From Bugula neritina (lineage: Eukaryota > Animalia > Bryozoa), in NCBI GenBank assembly GCA_964035545.1, contig OZ037769.1, forward strand, positions 1,798,001 to 1,862,000: a stretch of 64,000 nucleotides of DNA, given 5' to 3'. Below the pieces are notes generated by a model, which had not been told where the DNA came from, ran no database searches, and saw nothing but the letters and a program-made list of their open reading frames with translations. Shown in pieces: positions 1 through 12,320 of the stretch. The number at the start of each line of letters is the position of its first letter. The first letter of the stretch is position 1. The translations under genes were made by a program, and so were the position numbers.

Positions 1-2
1 AC

Positions 3-780
3 CTTGTACCATAATTTATTATTTAAATCAAATAAATTTTTATGCATCCAAATAATCACCGCACTAAAAATCAGGTTCAGATGGAACCTCCCCAATACCA
101 CATCTCAGCATCATAGAAAATGTCCAGCTGCAAATACAAACTGCTGTACCCTGAAGTTTACCTATAGGCCAATATTAAAACTGTAAGGAACTTGAAGCTC
201 TGCTGTGAAAATACAAACTTTGCAATTGGAAAAACTTTTGCCGCAACCAGGATTCGTACCCAAGACTTCTAACTTGCAAGCTGCCTTGCTAACCAATACA
301 CTATGGGGGTTACTGGAGAAACATAGCTCTGCAGTAAAGTGTAAAGGGTGAATCGAGATTTCAAAAGAAAAATGTGAAAAGTTGTATAAAATTAAATAAA
401 GTAATTCCTACTTACCAAGCATGAGGTGTGTACAACTACTAGTACTCCATTCCACAGTTCATACAGTGCTGACGTATGTAGTCCAAATAATATGCTGCCA
501 GTATTTAACTAATCTCTTATGATTATGTTTTCAATATACAAGCCGAGGTCATGTTTCATGAGAAAATATTAGCAGGGAGTATAAGCACACCTGTTTTGAG
601 TTGTCTGTGGGCTGTGGCTGGTTAACTCTTAGACTGTGAGTTTAACACACTGCAGTATAGAAGTAGGAAGGGGCGGTTTACGTCCACCCGTACATAGAAG
701 TATGGGTGGATCTAAGGCTGATGTTAAGTGAAAACACTGGCAGAGGCTGCCAAATCCTGACCAATCACAGTCGTGGGAAA
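3..780 (-). other. Possible non-coding 5' exons and promoter of a minus-strand gene lying left of the window
   Basis: On the minus strand, segment 180..3 is bounded by ttacag| and aag|gt and has stops in all three frames. A strong donor ttg|gtaagt lies at 416/415. A GC box (ggggcgg, ~670) and a CCAAT box (~760) are nearby. Inferred from splice signals only. Confidence 0.25.
236..322 (-). mobile_element. tRNA-derived (SINE-like) repeat, copy 1
   Basis: Reverse complement reads gtttctccagtaacccccatagtgtattggttagc...gcttgcaagttagaagtcttgggtacgaatcctgg. It has a degenerate A box and B box and aligns clearly with 9617-9706. Confidence 0.65.
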
Positions 781-3700
781 TTTGAAGCTATAATATGCCC
801 TGTTTTTGCACTAATTCCACAGATAAGACAGAATATGTGCATGTGTAAAAATTTCTAACAAAGTTATATAGATGCTTCATAGAAGACAAAATATATTAAG
901 AAAGAAGTTTAGGTTTAAAAGGTGATTAGATTATAGTGATGTTACATTAATTTCTCTAATATAATATTGTACTAGTTGTATAAACTTAGTTGTAATGTAA
1001 AAAGCATTGCATAATTTGTGGTTGGCAAATATAGATAATATGTACAATGGCATAGTAAAATAATTTGATATTATGAATTGAATATAGCATATATAGTCCA
1101 ATATAACATGATATTATATAAAGTTACACTGTGTGTTCTAAACCACAATATTAGATTTAACATAGACACACTACATGCCTATAGTGTGTCAAGAATGTAT
1201 ATTGAAATATATAACTCAGTGGTAATATAATATACCTGTTGTGGGAATATACAAATATTGCCAAAATATGAATCATTTTATGGTGGAAGCAGAGGCATCT
1301 ACCTTCGAGAGAAATACTATTCAATTCCGTGATTAAAGAGAGGAGATAATTGCTAATATCTGCCAACTTGCATCCATCTGAATAGTATAAGTAAACAATC
1401 ACAAATATAATATAATATAGGTAGAAATACTGTATACAATGTATAGATTAAAACAATCTATATATATTATATATAAACATCAACCTTGCAGGTTTTATTT
1501 AGTTATTTATTACGCAATTTTACACAAAATTTATCTTACTATTGTACTATAGATACCATGCTAACATATTATATTGATTTTATTTATTATCCAACACTAG
1601 AAATTAGAATTATTTGGTATGCAAGCAAAGTGCATATAGCCATATACTAAATGAAAGATGAGTTCGTATAGTGCAAGTACGTAGTGTAAGTGCATAGTGT
1701 ACATGCATAATATTATAGGTTTACATAGTCTTTAAAGTATAGTATATAAAATACAGTGTGAAAATTTAGAAAATTCAATTGCGACAACATTTTAGTTGTG
1801 CATATATATTCATAATATTATGCAATATTTGCACAAATAGATAAATAGCACATATTATACCTACTATATAGGCTACATAAAACGTGCATTATATTATATA
1901 CATGACCAGAATGTCTAGTGATAGGAAGTTTTTATAGGTGCATAAAAAGCATGTTTTGCTTTTACATTTTACATTTCAAGGGGAAGCTGCATGATACGGT
2001 TACTATAATAGAATTGCTAAATATTCGAACAATCTATATAGAATGACATTTTAAAATTCTTTTCCTACGAAAGTGTAAATATATATTATAATAAAATGAG
2101 CCTTGTAATACGATTGGTTGAGGAAAGCAGTCTGTAAACAATGAAGTAATAATAGTATGATAAATGATTTCATACCCCTAGAGATGTTTTTACTGGTATT
2201 TGTTTGATGTTGGCTAATTGCTGCCACTTGTGTATATATCTCTGCTGCGGCTGACTAATCTAATTAAAAGAGCTAATGGGTCTCAGAGGGCTAAGGGTTT
2301 GGTAATTATATCACGTGCTGGCAAAGAGGCCAAGCTACCAAGTATACAGTAAGCTCAACTGTTCAAGTTGTTATGAGCTGGTAGTAATTCCTACAATCCC
2401 ATTTGCCAACTTCTGACTGGGTGACTTGTGGATTACTTTGACATCTTTTGTTGATCAGAAACAGTAAAATAACTTTGATGTAGAAAACTGTTTAGTTCCG
2501 GTGTGTCTAGTTGTATTCAACATATTATTATAATATGTTACCCTGATGCAGTGACTGAAGAGGAAATCAACTGTTAGCACTGAACTGTAGGATGAGCCTA
2601 ATATTTATCTACAAGCTCAGCTGATGATTTTATTTAAATGAATCTGGTTTATCCTAAAAGAAGCCCCATTAATTGATAAAAATAGTGGTTGACGTTAATT
2701 ATGTCGAGAGATGTACATTCATAACCTTACTGATGTAGTACATATTTTATAGATTTTGGTATACTGGATCTAAATATGCTAACTGGCTCACGAAGCAAGA
2801 ATGTTGATTTATCAAATTTTAATTTATGTCAAATATGGCTTTTTGCTAAAATAACTATGCGCAATTATTTTTAAATATACACTTATAGCTAATATTTCAG
2901 CAAAAGCCATCATGTACAAATAACTTGATGCATTGTGAAATACTACGCTTAGATGTTAAAATATAAATATTATAGCATATATATAATTTACGCGATATAA
3001 TAAAACCTTTCGCAAAATAGTTAAAAGCGCTTTAGTACTGCTACATATACAATATCTTTGCTTATTATATCCTACTTGTTTTGATTTCAAGGTCAATATT
3101 GTTCATATATGTTATTCATAGTTAGCTTACTGGCTTCGCATAATAAGCTATACTGCAACTTCCACTCAACAACCCAAGCAGTGCTGACTTACAGGCAGCG
3201 TGCTGACATTTATTAATAAGATTTGTTAATGGCAAATTATTGTTGATAATAATTAGGAATATATCAATGCCATTTCATGTTGAAATTAATAGCATCTATA
3301 ATTATATATAAAATAATTAATTACCTATAGCCAAAACAATCAACTTGGTGAGGGGAAATTACTAATGATGACTATAATTACTTCTACATGGTGCTGACAT
3401 TTCATTAGCTGTTTAAGAGTTGATTTGGTTCATCTTAAGAGTTCAGTGCAGAGGTAATCGGTTACTGAAAGGTTCATGCTTATAGCCTGTAGAGACAAAT
3501 CGGTTTTAATTAACTAAAATCACGACAGCTTTAGCAGCATAAATCCTTCATGTTTATGAATCTTGAAGTGATGATTAGTATGGATCACAACGAAACACAC
3601 ATATCCTAATTTATATATGCTAATTAATTTAGGTAAAGTAGGTACCAAATGTTGGGTCTCAGGAAAAAAGTTAACAAAAAAGTTGTCCATGCACGAGCTA

Positions 3701-4898
3701 AATTTAACAGTTGTACGTGAAGTTACAATTCTAAATGAGAATTATTGTTCAGCTGACAGATAAAGTGCTCAGCACACATAATTTTAGGATTCCTACACCA
3801 ACAGACTGATGCTGAGCTAACCACTGCTTCTGCTTTATTTTGAAGCTTTCAGACCTTGCACCAGTAAAGTGATATGTAGTTTAATAAAAATTGAAATTGA
3901 TTTCAAAATTATGGTTTACAGTGAAATTGCTGAATATAGTCTGTGCAATAAGTTGAATGTGGCATAAAACATCCTGGAATCAAACAACAAAATAATTGAA
4001 AGTGTGCGTTTATTTGTGCAACACAAAAATTACCAAAATAAAAAAAATTCATCACTAAATATGAATCAAATCTTTGAAAAATGTTGAATATCATTAAACT
4101 TTGCCTAACAAAAAGGCAAAATAATCAAAACTTACAGGTTATGCACAAACTAGAAAACCACTACTAGCAGGACACTGCAACACCTAAAAACCTGGCAAAA
4201 CAATTATAATAAGATAAAAAACACAAAATAAATGTATTAATTCTGTTTGTCAATTGCTTAAAACATGGCAAAGAAATGATACTCAACAATGAGAAGGTAG
4301 AAAGCATAATTAAAAATACAAATAGAAAATAAAAATTAAGTAGAAAATAAGAAAATTCATAATTATCATAGTTGAGAGAAGAAAGATAAACTATTCTAAA
4401 ATTCATTGATGAAGGGTAGCAGTTTTGTAGCTAAATACATTGCGACTATTAGATTTGTGAAGACAACTTCTAATAATAAAATCTTATCGTTCATACTTAG
4501 TAAAATCAGTCAATTTTAATGATTAATATAAAACACCAACACAGACTATTTCTTCTGCAAAATTTTCAAGTTTGTCCAAACGGCTATGTAGAAAGTCTAT
4601 AAAAAAACAAAATTCGTTTTCTTGTTATTTTAAGAATTCACAAAATTCAAATCAAACAAAATTTTAAAACATCAAAAACTAATTTTAAAACAATATCATA
4701 AGTTGATCAAAAGTAAACAAATATATGCATTAGCACCAAAAGGGTGTCAGAGAATACAAGTAATCAAGACAGGTAGAAACACGGACATAATTTAAAGAGT
4801 TATTGATGTTTACATGAGCTGCAAAGACTTCACTGCATGTGAAATTGCTAAGTTTGAAATCAAACACAAGGATATGCCTTTATTTTATTCTTATGAGT

Positions 4899-7800
4899 TC
4901 ACTCGTCACTTTCGTACTCAATGCGCTGGAAGGAGAGGACATCCCTAGTCTGTGAGCCAGAGCTCTGCGAATAAGACTTGTATCTGGCGGGGAACAGAAG
5001 TTGGTGCTCGGTGAAGACACACAGACTGATTCTTGCCACGGTGCTAGTCTGGGGGCCGGAGATTTTGATGCGACGCAACAGCCGACCTGCAGGAGTCAGC
5101 ACAAAGTCAGCACATGAATACACATCAACGTAAACTTCCTACAGAGAGTCAATCACTGAAGATGGCAAAGAATTTAAACCAATTGATGAAAACCATAAAA
5201 TTAACAGAACAGATTTTGAGTTAGCTTTTAAAAGCCACAAGTTAATCACAAGAAAACTTCAGAGTGAAATCTGAATACTTTGAATATACATTAGGGCACA
5301 CCGGCTAAAAAAACCCAATTATCAAAGATAACAACGCTAGAGTTTAAAATATAGGAGCAGAACTCCAAACCATGAAATTATCATGTATTCTATAATGGTC
5401 TGAAAATAGCATTACTACCTGATAGGGTTACAAGTTAGTCATAAGAAAACTACCAGGTGATGGATCTACTCACCATTTGAGGGGTCGACTATAATCACAA
5501 AACCCGTGAATATCATGAGATAGATGTAACCATTGTGGTAGGTGACTGGGGTGGGCGTGGTGTAAAGGTCACATCGCTTCTCCAAGGTCAACTTCCAAGG
5601 ACATCTGCCAGTATTCACATTCACTATGGCGAGTACATGCTCTCTGGTGCTTTGAACACTCGTCCACTCGCTAGCTATCATAGCCACGTGATTCTTCGGC
5701 CCCGCTGTTATAAACACAGCTTGAGAGAGAACATCGCCAGAGTGAATGGCGACAGCGGTGGGCTGCGACTCAGGCTCGTCAGTAGAAAAGACGATGAGAC
5801 GAGGCGACACCACATTTTCACAAAACACGATGAGATTCTCATCAACTAAAGCAAAGCTCTCAACTAGCGGACCATCCCAGTGAATGGAGCATCTGGCGTT
5901 GGTGTACATGACGAGACCGAGCTGAGTGGGGAAGATGTGGAGCAGCGACTCACCCGTGGTCTGACGGCAATAGAGCGTGCCGTCACGAATTTGCATGCAG
6001 GAGGCACTCTCCTTCAAAATGATATTCTTCTGTGAAGAAGTTGATGGATTTGTGTACCTGTATAAATTACCTTCACACAGTGAATACAAACAGCCATTAA
6101 ACGCACAGAAAACCTCGTTCGGACGATGTCTCGCCGTCGATCTATTTAGCGTCACGTCGTTTATAAACGATAAAGATAGAGGTGCCGGAAGTGGAGGCGG
6201 GAATGAGGATTCTACAGTGGAATATTCTGGAAGCTCTGCAGCCTCAGGTGCAGAAGGTGAAGGTGGAGTAGAGTTTGCCGAGTCTATGTTGAGAGATGTG
6301 AGAGTTAACTGAGTGAGCACCTCCCCTGGTGACGCACTGGTAGCGTGGACAGTGATTTCATTGTCAGCATCTGTGAACGAAAGACATATCAACTAAGGGC
6401 GATAATGTAACGCATATCTTAGAGAATAAATAAGAGTGAAAATAAATTTACAAAATATATTCTAGAGAGAAACGTTCTGTAACAGGAAGATGTTGAATCC
6501 TTTTATCATCCATACTTTACTACAGGAGAAATGACTTGATTTAAATTCACAGTTTTTATAGTTAAAATTACAGTTCGTTTGGCTTGTTTTAGAGGAAACA
6601 TCTGCAGAAACTAGATCATAATGTTTGATGATATTTTGTTATATCTGTACTAAATACAGCTTTGGCAGAACATACAAATCTATGCTAACACAATTGTTAC
6701 AGAAATTAGGGAGCATTTAACACATTCTTTACAAGAATGTTTATAAAACGAGTAATTCTAAAAGGATGTACTGGGGGTGATAACTTAAATAACTTTAAAC
6801 TTTAAATAATTAAAATAAAAATTAAAAACCATCAGCCTAAATATTGACTAATATGAATGACTAACTAACCATTACTAGATAAGGCTACAATAGAAAGTTC
6901 TGGAAACTGAGTGCAACTGGCATGAGTCATCTCGTCTGCCGCCAACAGTAACCCGTCTCTAGCACCAACGACCTCCCGAATACTACTGCTAGACAGGCAG
7001 TTCTCAATAGACTGAATTGTCGTCTGCAGAGTTGCTTTCTCCTCTTCATTCGTGGCGATGAAGCGATCAATTGCTGTCTTGGCCGTGGCAATGTTCAAAT
7101 TCACTTCCCCGCAGACATCATCGTACTTTTCATTGATGGCAGCAATCTAAAGAGATGAATGGCTTGCTCCATGATATGTGAGTGACTTGCTAGCTTGGAT
7201 ATAAGTATACGTAATATAAGTAGTTATAGAACATTCCAGAATATATAGAACTAATATGAAGGTCACTGGAGGTCAGTATAAAGCAGGGTTGGGGTAATTG
7301 TAATTGTAATCAATTACAATAATTTTAACTGTAATTGACAAATTTTCATGCAATTGTAATTAATTACATTCATATGTAATTGACCGCAGCCTTGTTAATT
7401 GGTATAAAGTAAACCCACAATTCATGTACTACCATACTGTGTGGTTATAAAGTACCTCTATGAAAGTGGCTAAACGAAGAAATACGTCTGCACCAGAGTA
7501 ACAGGAAATACGTACCTGAAGCTGTCGGGCAGCCTTGCAAACCTGAAGGCATTCATCCTGATGCGCATCTACGGTATCAGAAAGCTGCCTGGCCTCTGAG
7601 ATATGTACAGATAACTTCTCCTCCCTCCTTTTCAGTTTAATCAGTCGTTCCTTTAGTGAGTCTTTAACCTTCGAGTGCACCAGGTCAATGGTAGAGAATC
7701 TGTGGCTCTTATCATTTCCAGTAGCTGTCAAATATATATAAGTAGAGTGTAATAGCTACAACGTACTGTAGAGCTTAGAGTAGTGACCTGCTAGCATTAC

Positions 7801-9960
7801 GTAACCAATGCAGCGAATTAGCCACACTAAGTTATGCTGAATAATGATTCCTTACTGCAAGACTATAAAAATTAGTTCAATCAGCTTGTCTGGCATTAGA
7901 AGTAGCAACTGAGAATTTACACAATTCCAAACCAACTTTAGTCAGCTCCAAGCAAATTCAGCATCTCAACACTTTTACATGTGAGCCGGCAGCATTTTTG
8001 TGTTTTTTTACATCAATTTAATTTCAATTCAAACAAAATTTAAATATTTTGCATATAACAGTTAGCACCTCTTAGGAATAAGAAGAAATTTTAAACTTGC
8101 GTCAAGTACTTCAAAATCACAGTAACTCTTCTTTCAATTAGTAGTAACTTGAACCCTAAAAGTGATACACACACCTGTATCATTTACACACCTTTGAAGC
8201 AGTAGTTAGGGACCACCAGCAAGCACATGTTACAGTAAACCCTGTGACATGCTGTACAGCCCACAATAATCAGATACTGGCTGTGCTGGTCACAATAGAA
8301 CAGATTGGACTGAAACTCTTCATATTCCGTAGAGGAAATGACGTCATGGGTCGACAGGATCTGGGCGTGCAGCTACAATAACATTGCAACTAAATCATTT
8401 ATTTTAGTGTAAATCAAAACTTAAAATTTTACCATTGATTAAACTGAATATGAATGTTGCCTATACAGCGTATCTCCGAGTATAAAAAATAGAACAGCTG
8501 TTTTTGTAACTATTTATAAATCAGGAAACTAGTATGTTCAACATTAAGTTCATTACTGAAAGATGACGGGTTATTGCAGTAGTCTCATGCCTTGTTCACA
8601 CTAGAACTGAGTAGTGTGAACAAGGCGTTAGTCTGCTGAATTAAGAGCACAAAGAACTTTTAATAAACTAGGGGACTTTGCTAACACTATATCAGCTGAA
8701 AGCATATACTGATCGGCTAAATGTTGATTGCAACTACTAACTTCTACTAGAATATTCTACCAAACATATAACACAACAGAGAAGTTACTAGTCTTACCTA
8801 TGAATTGTATTCAATAACTAACTGGTTTTGAGCACAGAAACATTTTCTAAATGAGAACATAATAAAATTGAAATAACACAATACACCTAATTTATATCTT
8901 AGGAATACATACACAAAATAAACATTTCTAAGCAGCGCAATTTAGTTTAAAGCTCATTAAAATAAAAAAACATCATGTAATTATCTAAATCTAAACTTAA
9001 TTTATTACAATTAAAATAAAATAAAACACTAAAAAATACTAACCTTGAGATGTTCCTCACAGAACAGCTGGTCACATTGTTTACAGTAATGAGTTGCCAT
9101 GGATACTGAAGAGGCAGCAGAAGAGGCGCAAGCACTACAAAAGGGGCCATTCGAGGTGGTGTTAGGGTCAGTTGATTCACACTCAGTCTCATCTTCAACT
9201 TTCTCATCTTTCACATCGGCTTCAGGTAAACTAGCAACTGACGTTGCAACCTGTAACCTACAATGGTTCGTAGCAGATATAAACAAGACAACAAACAGAG
9301 TGGGGTGATAGATCATCAAGAAGTAAACATTATGAAAAAAAACAATAAAATACATAAGAGACAACAGTCACATGACTTTAACTACAGAAGCTATTAAAGT
9401 TACTTTGATATCGACGTGCTTAAAGATGAAAAAATATAAGAATTTAGGCAAGAAAATAGGTTGCTCATGTTCGAACTAGTAAAAAACGTGCACACAATAG
9501 TTATTATTGGTAGTAACTGAAACAAATGCTTGATTGACTACCTGAACTGATGAGACTAGAAACTAGAAAATTCCCATAAAAACAAATAAAAATTCAATAG
9601 GAACGAATAGTGTTGAGTTTACCCAGTAATCTCAGTGGTGTAATGGTTAGCGCGCTTGCTTGCAAGCCCGAAGTCTTGGGTTCGAATCCCAGTGGGAGCA
9701 ATTTTTCTTTTGTAAGCATGTAAAAAAACTAGAAGACCTCATTTATTTGGTTACTGATGCAAAGATAACAGAATGAAATTCAAAGAGTCTAACTTGCAGA
9801 GTGGACATGTGACAATTTTTGTCCTGCTGAAGTCAGCGGCCAAACACGGCAGACATGACACGTGACCACACGGCATCTCTCGAGGGTCCACCCTACAGCT
9901 ACCTTCCTCTCGGCAGTAAGCACACTGGGTTCTCTTTACAGCTCTTGCAGACATCTTCAT
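4899..9960 (-). CDS. TRIM/RBCC E3 ubiquitin ligase-like protein (RING, B-box1, B-box2, coiled coil, probable NHL-like beta-propeller)
   Basis: Phase-consistent GT-AG exons (minus): 9960-9794 (C3HC4 RING CAYC...CGHVSCLPC...CPLC); 9257-9044 (B-box CSAC...YCKQCDQLFCEEH); 8372-8192 (CDQH...GCTACHRVYCNMC); 7724-7516 and 7146-6870 (helical coiled coil); 6370-5474 (Pro/Ser linker, then beta-strand-rich repeats); inferred 29-nt exon 5399-5371; 5138-4899 (stop). The propeller assignment is inference. Confidence 0.85.
7284..7394. mobile_element. Short MITE-like element with imperfect terminal inverted repeats and internal GTAATT repeats
   Basis: Left end cagggttggggtaatt; reverse complement of the right end caaggctgcggtcaatt. 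The CA...TG termini resemble hAT-type MITEs. The 8-mer gtataaag lies immediately to the left and again 7 nt to the right of the element. Confidence 0.55.
8589..8626. repeat. Perfect 15-bp inverted repeat (possible collapsed PIF/Harbinger-like MITE)
   Basis: gccttgttcacacta-gaactgag-tagtgtgaacaaggc. The family assignment is inferred from resemblance of the terminal repeat. Confidence 0.6.
9617..9706 (+). mobile_element. tRNA-derived (SINE-like) repeat, copy 2
   Basis: A box tggtgtaatgg (9636-9646), B box ggttcgaatcc (9679-9689), intact T-arm and a downstream T-run. The acceptor and anticodon stems do not pair properly. Homologous to 236-322. Confidence 0.7.
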
Positions 9961-10714
9961 ACAAGATCTGTGCTAAAACAATGAGATAAATCTATCTATC
10001 AGCTCACTTTGTGACATTTATGATAGATAAAGAATATCAAAAACTGAAAAGTAGCGCCAATACTTGCACTGCATTAACTGACTACTAATTTTAAATTGTT
10101 AAATATAATCACCAGGGGGAGAATTAAGTATTAAGAAGTACAATCTGAATCTATAAAGTATAATGCTAAGGTTTTTAAGGATAAATCTTAAATTGCTTAG
10201 TCACTACGTGATAATACTACCACTGTTACACAACAACTAATAAGTCAACGAAAAGTATCCATTAGTTTTACAGCTATAATACCACTATGACTTTGTATCA
10301 CTATCAGTAATAGTATAAGTATAACATTAACTATGACTATAACTATAAGTATAAGTATAAGACAAATACAGGTTGGGGTCTACTCATACTGATACTCATA
10401 CTGCCAATAGGCAATACTATTAGGCACAGGAAATATAAATATGAGTTTGAATATCAATATGCACATGTACCAGTCACTATCAGTGTCACAATGTAAATGA
10501 CAATCAGTATCACAATGGCAGATAGAAGCACAATAAGTATTACATTAAAACATGAAAATGTACATTGATATTCATATTGAGGTTGAAGTCAAATTCAATA
10601 GTCATAGTGTTACTGTTACTATATTTTATTCTTTATAATTTAAATAATTAGATATTAAATTTAATGAAATTAAAAGTAAAAGTAAAAGAGTTTCAGCCAG
10701 TTACTTAGACTTAC

Positions 10715-11444
10715 CCTTAAAGTTAAAGGATTCTAAGGAGTAAAGTCACAGAGGATCCAACACTCAACAGGCCAATTGCAATCAATCACAAAGAGTACAA
10801 CACTTAATTATAATTATAAAAAACACTAGTAGGATGAGTTGTGCTTGTCACATCTACAATTTGTGATGTGTAATTAGTACTCCATCACTTTCGCATTCGG
10901 ATTCGGGAAGTGAGTCTACTGTAACTGTAACGAAACTACAACTACAGTAGGCATTGGAACTATAGTTTCAGTTCAGTGACAGTAGGCCTATAACAATAAT
11001 AATATTATTAATGCATATATTATTATGCATAGGTGAATAGAGTTAAAGGGTTAAGTCGCCCCCAACTCGGTGCTGCTGTTAGCGATTTTTATCTTAGAAC
11101 TTTGCATCGTAGATACGAAAAGATGCAGCTATAGCTCACAACTTTAGAAAGCAAACTACCGAGAGGCAACTAGTGGGTGACCCGTCTAATAACAAACTGA
11201 AAGCAATAAATGTAATCAACTAGTGTCACCATTTCAAGGTTATCGTACTGGTACTTGAAAGTTACAGCTTCAAGCTTACGAGGTAATAAAAATAATAATG
11301 ATGATTTAAATTAGAAGTTTCAGTTTTATAGTGATCAAATCGGCTATCTAATCATTAGTTATTAGTGATTATAATTTTTCATCACGCTTGTGATTTACTG
11401 TGTCAGTGTTATCTTCAAGTTAGTCTACTTACAGTTTTCTCAAG
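10715..11444. promoter_or_regulatory. Probable divergent promoter with non-coding first exons of the TRIM gene (-) and tensin (+)
   Basis: A minus-strand donor (agg|gtaagt, 10715/10714) and a plus-strand donor (aag|gtgagt, 11444/11445) point outward from a higher-complexity core. The TRIM ATG exon has an acceptor just upstream (9972 or 9967) and so does the tensin ATG exon (17443). Confidence 0.45.
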
Positions 11445-11445
11445 G

Positions 11446-12320
11446 TGAGTTACTGTTAGTGTTAGTGTTACTGTTAGTGTTAGTGTTACTCATACTGTTA
11501 CTGTTAGTGTTACACTTTGACTTACAGTTAGTGTTACAATTACTATTACTATTAGTGAATTACTATTACTCAATTAGTATTACTGCTACTGTTACTGCTA
11601 CTGCTACTGCTACTGTTACTGCTACTGTTAGTGTTACTGCTACTGTTACTGTTAGTGTTACTGCTACTACTGTGCTACTGCTAGTGATACTGATAGTGCT
11701 AGTGTTAGTGTTACTAATAGTAATACTAACAGTTACAGTAAATTTAATAGTGTTAGTGTTACTAAATGTAACAATGTTACTGTTAGTGTTAGTGTTACAC
11801 TTTCACTTACTGTTAGTGTTAGTGAACTGTTACACTTTGACTTATTGCTAGTGCTAGTGCTTAGTCTGTTGAGTTACAGTTACTGTTATGACTTAAAGTT
11901 AAAGTTGATCTTATACTTATAACACTAGCAGTAATACTAATAATGATACTAATACTAATACAGTATTACTAATAGTGATACTCTTAGTACCAATAGTAAC
12001 ACTCATACGCACTATCATACTCATAGTCACACTGATAGTGATACTGTCACTGAGTCTGACTATGACTATGACGACCAGTTTTAGTTTTAGTATCATTAGG
12101 ATTATTATTTATTACTATTACACTTACAGATACTTATCAGTTATCACTATTGGTATTCCTTTACTATTACTATGACTAATAATGTTAGTATTATATTTAT
12201 TACTAGTATGAATGTAACTATAAGTATGACTATTATAATTACGAACAAGTAAGAGCTGATATTAATAATAGTACTATTAGACAATTAGTGATACTTGTAG
12301 TAGAATAATTATAATAACTA
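11446..12320. repeat. Degenerate hexamer simple repeat (GTTACT/GTTAGT/ACTGCT)
   Basis: Direct 6-bp periodicity. It accounts for the spurious hydrophobic ORFs 11390-11851 and 11975-12175. Confidence 0.85.

Noticed and set aside
1157-4406. Short ORFs in the AT-rich region left of the TRIM gene (also 12815-15182)
   Set aside because: Low-complexity composition, no domains and no consistent exon chain.
5535-6312. Plus-strand ORFs overlapping the large TRIM exon
   Set aside because: Antisense shadows of a coding exon, with no motifs or splice support.
9629-9700. Functional tRNA-Ala(TGC) or tRNA-Cys(GCA) gene
   Set aside because: The acceptor and anticodon stems do not pair, and a diverged relative at 236-322 indicates a repeat family.
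11390-12175. Hydrophobic membrane-protein-like ORFs
   Set aside because: They are translations of a hexamer simple repeat.
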